64,000 bases of DNA from an uncultured delta proteobacterium (GTDB lineage: Bacteria > Desulfobacterota > Desulfuromonadia > Desulfuromonadales > JACZKF01): contig CAWFKQ010000016.1 in the NCBI GenBank assembly GCA_963816395.1, forward strand, positions 352,001 to 416,000. The letters are read 5' to 3'. The notes below the pieces were generated by a model. It did no database searches and had not been told where the DNA came from. It saw nothing but the letters and a program-made list of their open reading frames with translations. The translations under genes and the position numbers were made by a program. The stretch's first letter is position 1, and each line of letters begins with the position of its first letter. Positions 29,659 to 39,949 of this stretch are shown in pieces.

Positions 29659-30876
29659 ATGGAACGCGACATCCTGCATCTGGCCATCCCCGCCTTCCCC
29701 ATCGCCCTGGCCCGCGTCGCCGACCCGGGGCTCGGGGGGCGGCCGGTGGCGGTGGCGCCCGCCCATTCGGAACGGGCGCTGCTGCAGTGCGTCTCCGCCG
29801 AGGCGCGGGCGGAAGGGGTGCGCGAGGGGCAGTCGGTCTACCAGGCCCGGCGCTTCTGCCCGGCGCTGACCCTGCTGCCTCCCGACCCGCAGCTGGTCGG
29901 TCGCGGACTGCGCGAGCTGACCTCGCTTTCGGCGCAGTTTTCGCCGGTGTGGGAGCCGGATTATCCGGGACGACTTTATCTCGATCTCACCGGCAGCCGC
30001 CGCCTGCTAGGGCCCGGCCGCGATGCCGCGGCCCGCCTGGAGCGGGAGATCGGCTGCCGCCTGCGCCTGCCGGGCAGCGTCGGCGTGGCCGGCAACAAGC
30101 TCATCTCCCGCATCGCCGCCGGCTACCTGAAGAAGCCCGGGATCTGCGACGTCCTGCGCGGCAGCGAGCGCAGCTTCATCGCGCCGCTGCCGGCGACGGT
30201 CCTGCCGGGGGTCGGCCGGGCCCGGGAGGAAACGCTGCAGGAGCTCAACCTGCGGCGGGTGGAAGAGGTCGCCGCCCTTTCCGTGGGCCAGCTGCGGCTG
30301 GCCTTCGGCCCCTTCGCGCCGCTGCTGCACCAGCGGGCACAGGGGATCGACCCCTCGCCGGTGCAACTGCCGAAGCGCGCCCCGGAGGTGGTCGAGGAGG
30401 CTTTCCTCGACCGCGAGGAAAACGACGATGGGCAGCTCGCGGCCGAGCTGTGCCGGTTGGTCGAAAGGTGTGGGGTGCGCCTGCGCCGGCTCGGCAAGGG
30501 AGCGCTGCGGCTGACTCTGGGGATTACCTACGCCGATGGCCTGGCGGAGCAGCGCACGACACTCCTGCCGGCGCCGCTCAACCACGACCTGCTCCTTTTT
30601 GCCGCCGCCGAGGAACTCTTCCGCAACGCCTGCCGCCGCCGGGTGCGGGTGCGGGCGCTGCGCCTGGCCTGCGGCCGGCTCGGCGCCGAAGACCGGCAGC
30701 TCGCGCTCTTCGCCCCGCCACCGGCCCTGGCGCCCTCCCAGGAGGCGCTGCAGGAAGCCCTCGACCGGCTGCGGGACAAGTACGGCATGGCCGCCGTGCG
30801 CTGGGGACGCGGCTATCGGGCCATGAAGTACCTCACGCAACGGCGCCACGATCGCAACGAAATTCAAATCCTTTAG
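29659..30876 (+). CDS. imuB: ImuB-like degenerate Y-family polymerase
   Basis: Y-family fold with the first catalytic motif degenerate (HLAIPAF), YLDLTG, QLALF clamp motif, DRLRDKYG; lies between lexA and dnaE2. Confidence 0.8.
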   Translation: MERDILHLAIPAFPIALARVADPGLGGRPVAVAPAHSERALLQCVSAEARAEGVREGQSVYQARRFCPALTLLPPDPQLVGRGLRELTSLSAQFSPVWEPDYPGRLYLDLTGSRRLLGPGRDAAARLEREIGCRLRLPGSVGVAGNKLISRIAAGYLKKPGICDVLRGSERSFIAPLPATVLPGVGRAREETLQELNLRRVEEVAALSVGQLRLAFGPFAPLLHQRAQGIDPSPVQLPKRAPEVVEEAFLDREENDDGQLAAELCRLVERCGVRLRRLGKGALRLTLGITYADGLAEQRTTLLPAPLNHDLLLFAAAEELFRNACRRRVRVRALRLACGRLGAEDRQLALFAPPPALAPSQEALQEALDRLRDKYGMAAVRWGRGYRAMKYLTQRRHDRNEIQIL

Positions 30877-31032
30877 CTCACGCGACGACGCGGCGACGCA
30901 ACGGATTCACAACCTGGAAGAAAATCGTCCGTAAATGAACGCGCGCGAAGCTGTGTAATCTGCGGAAAGAGGATTTTTTTGGCACGCCCGATTATCCCGT
31001 CGCGTTCGTCGCGTCGTCGCGTGAGGCCGGTT

Positions 31033-34000
31033 TTGAAAAATGAAGATTTTACCCACCTGCACGTCCATTCCTCGTTCTCCCCCGGCTGGGGGGTGCGTTC
31101 GCCGGAGGACCTGTGCGCCGCCGCCCGTGTCATGGGGATGCGCCGGCTCGCCCTCACCGACCGCAACGGCCTGTACGGCATCCCGCATTTCCTGCAGGCG
31201 GCCAAAGAGGCGGGGATCGCGCCGCTGATCGGCGCCGAGGCGCTCGCCGGGGAACACCGGGCGCTGCTCCTGGCCGCCGACGAAGAGGGCTACGGCAATC
31301 TCTGCCGCCTGCTCTCCGACCTGCACTGCCGCCGCGACTTCGACCTCGGCCGGGCGCTGGCGGCGCGCCACCGCGGCCTGTTCATCCTCAGCGACGACCC
31401 GGCCGTCCTCGCCCCCCTGCGCCGGCCGGCCGCCGGCCGCCTGTTCGTCGAGCTCTCCCCGGGGCACAACATGCACCGCGCCCTGGCCCTCTCCCGCGAG
31501 CTGGGGGTGCCGCCGGCGGCCACCGTCCGCGCCGTGCTGCTGGCGAAGGAGGACCATGAGCTGCACCGGGTGCTGCGGGCGATCGTGCTCAACAGCACCC
31601 TCTCGCGCCTGCGTCCCGGCGATACCGCCGGCGCCGGCGACCGTCTGCTGGCGCCGGCGGCCCTCGCCGACTTCTTCCCCCACTGCCCGCAGGCGCTGGA
31701 GAACGCCGCCCGCATCGCCGGGCAGTGCAAGACCGACTGGGATTTCTCGGCGACCATTTTCCCCGCGTTTCGCGGGCTGACCGACGGGGAGGCCTTCGCC
31801 GAACTGGAGCGCCGCGCCCGCGCCGGGGCGCTGCGGCGCTACGGCGCCATCGACGAACAGACCGAGGCGCGCCTGCGCAAGGAGCTGGCGATCATCGGCG
31901 GCAAGGGGTTCGCCCACTACTTCCTGGTGGTGGAGGAGATCGCCCGCCAGTCGCCGCGCACCTGCGGCCGGGGGAGCGCCGCCGCCTCCCTGGTCGCCTA
32001 CTGCCTGGGGATCACCCACGTCGATCCGCTGCGCCATAACCTCTTTTTCGAACGTTTCCTCAACGAGGGGCGGCTCGATCCGCCGGACATCGACATCGAC
32101 TTCCCCTGGGACGAGCGTGACGCCGTGCTCGATTTCGCCTTCGCCCGCTACGGCGCGCGGCGCGCGGCGATGGTCGCCAACCAGGTGGGGTTCAAGGGGC
32201 GGGCGGCGGTGCGCGAGGTGGCCAAGGTGTTCGGGATCCCCGCCGGCGAGATCAAGGCGGTCACCGAGCGCATCTCCGGCTACTGGAAGGCCGAGCAGAC
32301 GGCGGCGGCGGTGACGGCGCACCCGCTCTTCCGCGGCGAGGCGCTGAATGCCGACTGGCGGGAGATCCTGCGGCTGGCCCGGCGGCTGAACGGCCAGCTG
32401 CGCCATCTTTCCCTGCACTGCGGCGGGCTGGTGGTGGTCCCCGACGAGATCCGCCGCTACGTGCCGGTGGAGGTCTCGGCCAAGGGGCTGCCGGTGATCC
32501 AGTGGGAGAAGGACCAGGCGGAAGCCGCCGGCCTGGTGAAGATCGATATCCTGGGCAACCGCTCCCTGGCGGTGATCCGCGATGCCCTGGCGGCGGTGCG
32601 GGAAAATACCGGCCGGGAGATCGACTACGCCGCCTGGCGCCCCCTGGAGGACGCGGCGACCTGCGACCTGCTCCGCTCGGGGGAGACCATGGGCTGCTTC
32701 TACATCGAGTCGCCGGCCACCCGCCAGCTGCTCAAGCGCATGTGGCTCGACAATCCCCGGGCGGCAGAATGCGACCTCTTCGAGCACCTGGTCATCGCCT
32801 CCTCCATCATCCGCCCGGCGGCCAACGCCTTCATCCGCGAGTTCGTCGCCCGCATGCGCGGCAAGCCATGGCGGCCGCTGCATCCGCTGCTGCGCGAGGT
32901 GCTCGACGAAAGCTACGGCCTGGCCGTCTACCAGGAACAGATCACGCAGATGGCCATGGCCCTGGCCGGCTTCTCCGCCTTCGAGGGGGACCAGCTGCGC
33001 AAGATCATCAGCAAGAAGCACAAGGAGAAGACGCTGGCCGACTACCGCCAGCGCTTCTTCGCCGGCGGGTCGCAAAGAGGGGTGGCACCGGCGGTGCTGG
33101 AGCAGGTCTGGGCGCAGATCCTCTCCTTCGCCGGCTACTCCTTCTGCAAGCCGCACTCGGCCTCCTATGCCCTGGTGAGCGCCAAGACGGCCTTCCTCAA
33201 GGCCAATTACCCGGCCGAGTTCATGGCGGCGGTGATCGCCAACCAGGGGGGCTACTACTCCCCCTTCGCCTACCTCTCCGAGGCCCGCCGGCTCGGCCTG
33301 CGGGTGCTGCCCCCCGACATCAACGAAAGCGCCTGGCCCTACACCGGCGGCGGCAGGAGCGTGCGCCTCGGCCTGATGCAGCTGCGCGGGCTCGCCCGCC
33401 AGGCGGCCGAGGCCCTGCTCGCCGAGCGCCGGCGCGGCGGCCCCTTCGCCGGTTTCCGCGACTTCCTGCGGCGCACGGCGCTCGACTCCGGCGGACGTCC
33501 GGCTGCTGGTCAAGGCCGGCGTGCTTCGACGCCCTGGAAGGGCGGGAGCGGCGCCCGGCCCTGCTCTGGGAGCTGCTGCAGGCGCGCCAGGAAGGGGAGG
33601 GCGGGCTGTTCGCCGAGCCGCCGGAACGGCTCCCGGCGCCCGCCGCCTACGACGACCGCACGGTGCTGCAGCAGGAGCTGGAGACCCTCGGCATGCTCGT
33701 CTCCTGCCATCCGCTGCACCTGCACCGCCGGCGGCTGGCCGCCCTGCGGCCGGTGCCGGCGGCGCAGCTCGGCAAGTGGGCCGGGCGCTACGTCACCGTC
33801 GTCGGCTGGTGGATCACGGCGAAGACGGTGCAGGACCGCGACGGCCGCCCCATGGAGTTCGTCAGCTTCGAGGACACCACCGCCCTCTTCGACGCCACCT
33901 TCTTCCCGGCGGCCTACGCCCGCTTCTGCCGCCGGCTGTCCCGGCTGCGCCCCTATCTGCTCAAGGGGAAGGTGGAGGAGGAATTCGGGGTGGCGACGCC

Positions 34001-34047
34001 TGACGGTGGAATGGGTCGGGTTTCTCGACGAGGGACTAACGGCCTGA
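31033..34047 (+). CDS. dnaE2: Error-prone DNA polymerase DnaE2 (frameshifts near 33490-33520 and 34000)
   Basis: PHP HLHVHS, GRGSAA, FERFL, PDIDIDF, YSFCKPHS, OB-fold FVSFED; SOS cassette context. Confidence 0.9.
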   Translation: MKNEDFTHLHVHSSFSPGWGVRSPEDLCAAARVMGMRRLALTDRNGLYGIPHFLQAAKEAGIAPLIGAEALAGEHRALLLAADEEGYGNLCRLLSDLHCRRDFDLGRALAARHRGLFILSDDPAVLAPLRRPAAGRLFVELSPGHNMHRALALSRELGVPPAATVRAVLLAKEDHELHRVLRAIVLNSTLSRLRPGDTAGAGDRLLAPAALADFFPHCPQALENAARIAGQCKTDWDFSATIFPAFRGLTDGEAFAELERRARAGALRRYGAIDEQTEARLRKELAIIGGKGFAHYFLVVEEIARQSPRTCGRGSAAASLVAYCLGITHVDPLRHNLFFERFLNEGRLDPPDIDIDFPWDERDAVLDFAFARYGARRAAMVANQVGFKGRAAVREVAKVFGIPAGEIKAVTERISGYWKAEQTAAAVTAHPLFRGEALNADWREILRLARRLNGQLRHLSLHCGGLVVVPDEIRRYVPVEVSAKGLPVIQWEKDQAEAAGLVKIDILGNRSLAVIRDALAAVRENTGREIDYAAWRPLEDAATCDLLRSGETMGCFYIESPATRQLLKRMWLDNPRAAECDLFEHLVIASSIIRPAANAFIREFVARMRGKPWRPLHPLLREVLDESYGLAVYQEQITQMAMALAGFSAFEGDQLRKIISKKHKEKTLADYRQRFFAGGSQRGVAPAVLEQVWAQILSFAGYSFCKPHSASYALVSAKTAFLKANYPAEFMAAVIANQGGYYSPFAYLSEARRLGLRVLPPDINESAWPYTGGGRSVRLGLMQLRGLARQAAEALLAERRRGGPFAGFRDFLRRTALDSGGRPAAGQGRRASTPWKGGSGARPCSGSCCRRARKGRAGCSPSRRNGSRRPPPTTTARCCSRSWRPSACSSPAIRCTCTAGGWPPCGRCRRRSSASGPGATSPSSAGGSRRRRCRTATAAPWSSSASRTPPPSSTPPSSRRPTPASAAGCPGCAPICSRGRWRRNSGWRRLTVEWVGFLDEGLTA

Positions 34048-34129
34048 GGAAAAACGCCCATCTGCGGCGTTGCCCTCATCCTTCGTCAACGACGTACCTT
34101 TCCCAGGTGGGAGAGGCAGTCTGGAAGGA

Positions 34130-35177
34130 TTAATGGCAGGCCTGGCCGGCGTGCTCTTCGGGGGAAAAGATGGCGATCCGGTTTCTGCCGGCGGCCTTGG
34201 CGCGATAGAGCGCCTGGTCGGCGTTGGTCAGCAGTTCCTGCGGCTTGGCGGCCCGGTGGGCATTGCGGGAGGAGAGGCCGGCACTGACGGTGATGCGGAT
34301 GGTCGCCGAGCCGAAATGGAAGGCGCTCTTCTCGGTTTCGCTGCGGATATGCTCCGCCGTGACCCGCGAGCCGGAAAGGTCGGTGTCGGGGAGCAGAATG
34401 GCGAATTCTTCCCCGCCATAACGGGCGACCACGTCCGTCTTCCTGACCGATCGGCGAATCAGCGAGGCAATTTCCTTGAGGATGAAATCGCCGCAGGGAT
34501 GCCCGTAGGTATCATTGATGCGCTTGAAGTCGATCGAGGTCGAGGAGAAGACAGGAGATATCCGATCCGCTGCGCAGGGAGAGCCGGAAATCGCGATAAA
34601 GGACGTGAAAGAAATAGCGGTGGTTGAACAGCCCGGTGAGTCCGTCCCGGATCGAGCGCTCCTTGAGGATTTTGTTCAGCCGCTGCAACTCTTTGGCGTA
34701 GGTGAACAGCTCCGCCTCCGCCCGGCGGCGCTCTTCCATTTCGGCCATCGCCTGGGTAAGCGCCTGGCGGTGGTTTTCGATGGCCTCGGTAAGGCTGGTG
34801 ACATCCTGGATGGCGAACATGGCGTGAAATTTCCCCTCCGTGGCCGCCGGCACGGCGGTGACGACCGTGTACTGGAAGCGCAGTTTGCCCCCGGGCAGGG
34901 CGGCGGGAATCACATACTTGTGCAGCTGGGAGGAAAAAACCGCCGGCGGCCCCCCCTTGAAGATCTCCTCGATGCGGCTGGCGTACTTGGCCGTTCCCAG
35001 GTGGGGAAAATGCTCGAGGATGCAGGTGCCGACGATCTTCTCCCGGGCGATCCCCGTCCACGACTCCAGGCAGCGGTTCCAGAAGAGCACCACCTGGTCC
35101 TGCCGGAGAATGAGATGGCCGATCGGCGAGTGATCGAGCAGGGCAAAACATTCTGCGGCGGTTTTGAAGGTATCCAT
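34130..35177 (-). CDS. PAS-coiled coil-GGDEF diguanylate cyclase (frameshift near 34530)
   Basis: DGLTGLFN, INDTYGH, RKTD I-site, RYGGEEF, ADQALYRAK. Confidence 0.9.
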
Positions 35178-35189
35178 GGGATTGCGGTC

Positions 35190-35798
35190 TCAGCAGGGGG
35201 GGCAGAGACCCTCGATGGCGCAGAAGAGCGCATCGAAGGAGCCGAGCTCGAAGATCATGAAGATATTTCCCTCCACCTGCCGCTCCTGGACCCGAAAGCT
35301 GGTGCGGATCAGCAGCACCGTCAGGTCGCTGGCCGCATCTCCGAGTTTGAGCAGTTCTTCCAGCTTTCCCTCGAAATAGTTCGGCACGGAAAATTCAAAG
35401 GGCTTGGCCAGGATGTTGCCCAGCGTGCCGATCACCCCGTTGATGACGATGTTGCCGACCTCGTTCAGGGTGCCGGCCATGACCGCGTTCAGGCAGGGTG
35501 CTTCGGGGTCTTCGCCGGTGAGCGCCGCCACCAGCTCAATCGCGCTCTGCGGCGGGAAGACCAGGGCCGCGGTGCCGGTGAGGGTGCCGCGGAAATTGAG
35601 CTGGACACAGGAAATTTCGGTACCGGTGAAATCATGCAGACCGCTGTCCGGGTCTTCGGGATGGAACAAGGTGATCGAGGGGACATCGAGCAGGATATGG
35701 GAGTCGAGCATCTCATTGAGCGAAGCGGCGGCCTTGCCCACTCCCGTGTTGACGATCTCCTTCAGGGCATCCAGCTGCAGCTCGCTGGGGCGCTTCAT
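35190..35798 (-). CDS. cheC: CheC-like phosphatase
   Basis: DALKEIVNTG and LNEVGNIV (two E-x2-N motifs). Confidence 0.8.
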   Translation of the reverse strand: MKRPSELQLDALKEIVNTGVGKAAASLNEMLDSHILLDVPSITLFHPEDPDSGLHDFTGTEISCVQLNFRGTLTGTAALVFPPQSAIELVAALTGEDPEAPCLNAVMAGTLNEVGNIVINGVIGTLGNILAKPFEFSVPNYFEGKLEELLKLGDAASDLTVLLIRTSFRVQERQVEGNIFMIFELGSFDALFCAIEGLCPPC

Positions 35799-36172
35799 CG
35801 CACTTCCCCGCCGCCGGACCCCACGATATCGCCGATCATGGTCAGAAGTTGCTGCTTCTGCGGTGGTTTGTTGATAAAGCCGGCGGCTCCCAGGTTCAGG
35901 CACTGCTGCCGTTTGGTTTCCTGGATATCCGCCGTCAGCACGATCACCGGCAGGCGCAGGTTGTTTTCTCTCAGGGAGGTCAGGAAGCCGATTCCATCCA
36001 CTTCCGGCATCAGCAGGTCGGAGAGGATGCAGTCGGGTTTCTGAGCAATGGCTTTTTCCAGTCCCTCCCGGCCGTTTGCCGCTTCCATGGTTTCGTGCCC
36101 AGCCGCTTTCAGGATGTTGCAGACATTCAGGCGGGCGAACATCGAATCGTCAATCACCAGGATCCTTGCCAT
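35795..36172 (-). CDS. Single-domain CheY-like response regulator
   Basis: VIDD, SDLLMP, LTAD, KP. Confidence 0.9.
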   Translation of the reverse strand: MARILVIDDSMFARLNVCNILKAAGHETMEAANGREGLEKAIAQKPDCILSDLLMPEVDGIGFLTSLRENNLRLPVIVLTADIQETKRQQCLNLGAAGFINKPPQKQQLLTMIGDIVGSGGGEVR

Positions 36173-36400
36173 CGTCCCTCCAGCTCAAGAACAGACCCAG
36201 ACCAAAAGAATCATGCGTTATTTTGAAAACTATTATCGCAGTTACTACCAGTTCTTGGTTTTTAGGGTTTGTGTAATCTTAATCCGGTCCTTGATCTGCC
36301 GATTATAGAGTTTCAGTTTTGCTATTGCAATAAGCAAGGTGCCTAATCGGATTCTTCTGCAACCCTTTTGGGAATGCTTCCGTCTGGATGCGCTCCAGAC

Positions 36401-36444
36401 AAAGAAAGGCGCCCGCATCAGTACGGATGACGCGGACGCTTTTT
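36401..36444 (-). terminator. Terminator after the DUF815 gene
   Basis: Minus strand GCGUCCGCGUCA-loop-UGAUGCGGGCGC then CUUUCUUU. Confidence 0.6.
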
Positions 36445-36477
36445 GCAGCTTTATGCTCGGTCTCCTTTGGAGGGGAA

Positions 36478-37236
36478 CTATCTCGAGTAGAAGTTGAAAA
36501 ACTGCCTTGCGGTGCGGCCGCTGCTGGAGGCGCGCGCCAGGGCAAACAGGCGGGCCGCTTCGTGCAGAGCCTGCCGGTCGCCGGCGTAATCCGGGAAATA
36601 ACTGTCGATGATCTGCAGGTATTTTTCCATGTTCAGGGAGTAGAAGGAAATCCATAAACCGAACCGATCGGAGAGGGAAATTTTCTCTTCTACGGCATCC
36701 GAGTAGTGGATCTCATCATCGCTGACCCGAGTATCCAGGTTATCCTGCATGCTCTCCGGCAGCAGATGCCGGCGGTTGGAGGTGGCATAAAGCAGAACAT
36801 TATCCGGCCGCTGTTCTATGGAGCCTTCCAGGACGCTCTTCAGATGTTTGTAGGAGCTCTCGTTGACGTCGAAAGAGAGATCGTCGCAGAAGATGAGGAA
36901 GAACTGCGGCAGTTCCCTGATCCGATCGACGATTTCCGGCAGAAAGATCAGGTCGTCCTTATCCACTTCGATCAGACGCAGGCCCCGGCCGGTGTATTCG
37001 TTCAGCACCGCCTTGACCAGGGAAGATTTGCCGGTACCCCGGGCGCCCCACAGCAAAGCGTTATTGGCCGGTTTACGAGCCAGAAAGCGTTCGGTGTTGA
37101 GAATCAACTGCTCTTTTTGCGGCTCGATCCCCACCAGGTCCCGCAGCCGGATGGGATCGATGTTTCGAACCGGGCGTAGATGCTCTTTCCGCTGGCGCCA
37201 AATCGCCGCAAAGGTTACTTCCCAGTCGATATCCAT
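36478..37236 (-). CDS. DUF815 family AAA+ ATPase
   Basis: WGARGTGKSS, FCDDLSF, YATSNRRH, EKISLSDRFG. Confidence 0.92.
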   Translation of the reverse strand: MDIDWEVTFAAIWRQRKEHLRPVRNIDPIRLRDLVGIEPQKEQLILNTERFLARKPANNALLWGARGTGKSSLVKAVLNEYTGRGLRLIEVDKDDLIFLPEIVDRIRELPQFFLIFCDDLSFDVNESSYKHLKSVLEGSIEQRPDNVLLYATSNRRHLLPESMQDNLDTRVSDDEIHYSDAVEEKISLSDRFGLWISFYSLNMEKYLQIIDSYFPDYAGDRQALHEAARLFALARASSSGRTARQFFNFYSR

Positions 37237-37267
37237 AGGCCAACTCCTTGGAATGCAGTAAAAAAAC

Positions 37268-37368
37268 AGTGAGATAGCAAGTAGTGAGACAGCGAGATAG
37301 TAATTCCTAAACCAGTGAGATAGTGAGATAGACAGTAATTCCAGTCAGAGTTTCCCAGCCTCACTACC
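37268..37368. repeat. Nonamer GTGAGATAG repeat cluster
   Basis: Multiple agtgagatag units, an internal duplication ending gtaattcc, and an inverted ctcactacct. Confidence 0.7.
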
Positions 37369-37697
37369 TTTGGCAATTGAATGATGGAATTGCAGTAAGG
37401 AGGGCAACCTGAATTCTTGATTTAATCTGGGTCGGCGTGAATCCGTCTGGAAATTCTATAGCATGGCCGGCCGTTTCGACAACTGGGAAATAATCGGTAG
37501 GTGGAATGCGTCGTCATCGAAGGCGGCGGAATCAGGCGTCTTCCTTGCTCGCGGCCGGTCCCGTCCCCTGCAGGCGGAAGACCAGGTGCAGCAGCTTGCG
37601 CACGCGGTCGGAAAAAACCTTTTCGGCGACATACCCCGCCGAGCCCGCCGTCGTAAAATGCGGTTTTCTCTATCTCACTACCTCACTGCTCTTGCCG

Positions 37698-38509
37698 TCA
37701 GCCGCCGGTGCGGAAGCCTGGATAAAGAAGCATCCCGCCGTCCATGAAGACGGTGGTGCCGGTCATGTAGTCGGCCTCGTCGGAGGCCAGCCAGACCGCT
37801 ACCCTGGCCACGTCCTCGGGGTCGCCGATGCGCCCGTAGGGGATCAGCCGACACATCTCGGCGGCGGCCTCCGGGGTCTCCCAGGCCGTTCGGTTGATGT
37901 CGGTCTTGATGGCGCCGGGTCCGAGGCTGTTGACCCGGATGCGGTAGGGCGCCAACTCCTGGGCGAGGCTCTTCATCAGCAGCATGATACCCCCCTTGGA
38001 GGTGGCGTAATTGGCATGCCCGGCCCAGGGGATCACCTCATGCACCGAACTGGTGAAGAGGATTTTGCCGGCTGCCCGCGAGCGCTCGGCGACCACGCCC
38101 CGGCGGCAGAACTCGCGGGCCGCCTCGCGGGCGCAGAGAAAGGCGCCGGTGAGGTTGACGTCCAGCACTTTTCGCCACTGCTTAAGGCTCATCTCCAGGA
38201 AGGGGGCGTCCATCTGGATGCCGGCGTTGCTGACCAGGATGTCGAGGGTGCCGAATTCCTTCAGGGCGGTCGCGAACATCGCCTGCACCTGCTCCTCCTG
38301 GCTGACATCGGCCCCGCAGCAGATGCGCCTTCCCCCCGGGAACGGATCTTCTCCACCATCTCCCGGGCCGAGGTGTCGTCCGAGTGGTAGTTGATGAGTA
38401 CGGCGGCGCCGGCCAGGGCCATCGCCTCGGCAATGGCCTTGCCGATGCCGGAACTGCCGCCGGTGACCAGGGCGGCCTGGCCGTCGAGAATTCTGCCGAT
38501 CGGCTTCAT
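37698..38509 (-). CDS. SDR family oxidoreductase, glucose 1-dehydrogenase-like (frameshift near 38335)
   Basis: TGGSSGIG, SNAG, SSVHEVIPW, YATSKGG. Confidence 0.88.
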
Positions 38510-38784
38510 GGCGTGTTTTTCCTGTTGTCGGACTGCCGGCTGGGACTGTTTGGAACTCCGGAGGGGGGGGCACCTACTGTCGGCCGGTCGTCGTGGCAAT
38601 CCCGGCAGCGGACCGGCTCTGCGGAGACTTCGTTCCGGCGCACCGCGGCTTTAGCCAGAACTGCCGGCGGCTCCATCTCCTGCGAAACGGCCCGGACGAA
38701 CAAGGGGGCGCCAATGAGCGTCACGCCCGCCAGGGCGAGAGCCAGTTCCCGCGTCAGCTGTTTCATCCAGGTTCGCCGGTCCAT
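38506..38784 (-). CDS. Small hypothetical protein with a twin-arginine-like signal and one CXXCH
   Basis: MDRRTWMK, hydrophobic stretch, CRDCH; stop overlaps the SDR start (ATGA). Confidence 0.5.
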   Translation of the reverse strand: MDRRTWMKQLTRELALALAGVTLIGAPLFVRAVSQEMEPPAVLAKAAVRRNEVSAEPVRCRDCHDDRPTVGAPPSGVPNSPSRQSDNRKNTP

Positions 38785-38865
38785 GATGGTCGTAATACGT
38801 TAGCAGTGGGCGCCGGGGTGTCAAGCTGGCGGGCCCACACCCGAAGGCGATGAAAAGCAAGGATT

Positions 38866-38965
38866 TCAACGCTAAGGCGCAAAGGGAAATGAAAGCCGCA
38901 AAGGGGCAAACAATTTTACGGATTTTCTCTGCGCCTGGGTTCTCAGCTTTGCGTCTTTGCGTTGT
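38866..38965. repeat. Intergenic hairpin repeat related to 55750..55854
   Basis: Shared cgcaaagggaaatgaaag(c/t)cgcaaaggg and inverted ctttgcgtt. Confidence 0.75.
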
Positions 38966-39031
38966 CCGGTTTTCCCACGACTTAAGTCGAACTTTTTCAG
39001 GACAGAGATTGCGGAAAAGGGCCGCTCCGGA

Positions 39032-39897
39032 TTAATGTCTACCGGCCGGGCTTGCTCCGGCCCCGATCTGCTCCAGGAAGCGACGCCATGCCTCCCAGTA
39101 ATCGCCATCGCCGTACTCCAGGGTGTCGTTGTGGCCGGCTCCGGGGATGAGATGAAAGGTCTTCGGCTCGTTGGCCCTGGCGAATAGCCGGCGGGCCATT
39201 TCTGCCGGGACGATGGCGTCCCGATCGCCCTGAAAGATGAGAAGCGGCGGCGCAGGCGGCATATCTTCGCCACGGTGTCGTAGCGGGCGTCGAGCGCCCA
39301 GCCGAGAAGGTGATACAGCAGGGAATAGTGATGGCGCCCCATGGCGGCAACGGAGGGGAAGGGGGTCTCCAGGACCAGGCCGGCCGGCGGCGCTTCCAGG
39401 GCCAGCTGCACCGCCACCGCCGCTCCCAGGGAACGCCCGAAGTAGATCATCCGCGCCGGCTTCCACCCTGTTGCCTCAGCCAGGCGAGGGCGCCGCGGGC
39501 GTCGGCGTAGGTCCCTTCCTCGCCCGGCTCCCCGTCGCTGCGGCCGTATCCGCGATAGTCGAAGATGAAGACCGGGACCCCGAGCTCGCGGCGGAAGAGA
39601 GAGAGGTTCTCCACCCGGTGGGAGATGTTGCCGGCATTGCCATGGAAGAAGAGGATGAGCGGTCTTCCGGGCTTCCGGGGAGATACCAGCCATGCAGGAG
39701 CGCCCCGTCGGCGGCGGGGAAGCAGACCTCCTCGTAGGGAAGACCGGGGGCGGCCGGGGTGAGGGCAATTTTCCTTTCGGGGAAATAGAGAAAGGTCTGC
39801 TCAACATGGCCAGGGCGGTACCGGGCAGAAACATCCCAGCCGCCAGCAGCAAGAGGGGAAAGACCAGGGGCTCCCAGCGGTGCGGAAGCGGTCGCAT
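39032..39897 (-). CDS. Alpha/beta hydrolase (ABHD13/YfhR-like; several frameshifts)
   Basis: FFHGNAGNI, DYRGYG, GRSLG, GDRD, GAGHND. Confidence 0.85.
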
Positions 39898-39949
39898 GGA
39901 GAAATTATACCAGCGGCCAGCGGGAGCTTTCGGTTTCCGCCGCTCTCCA

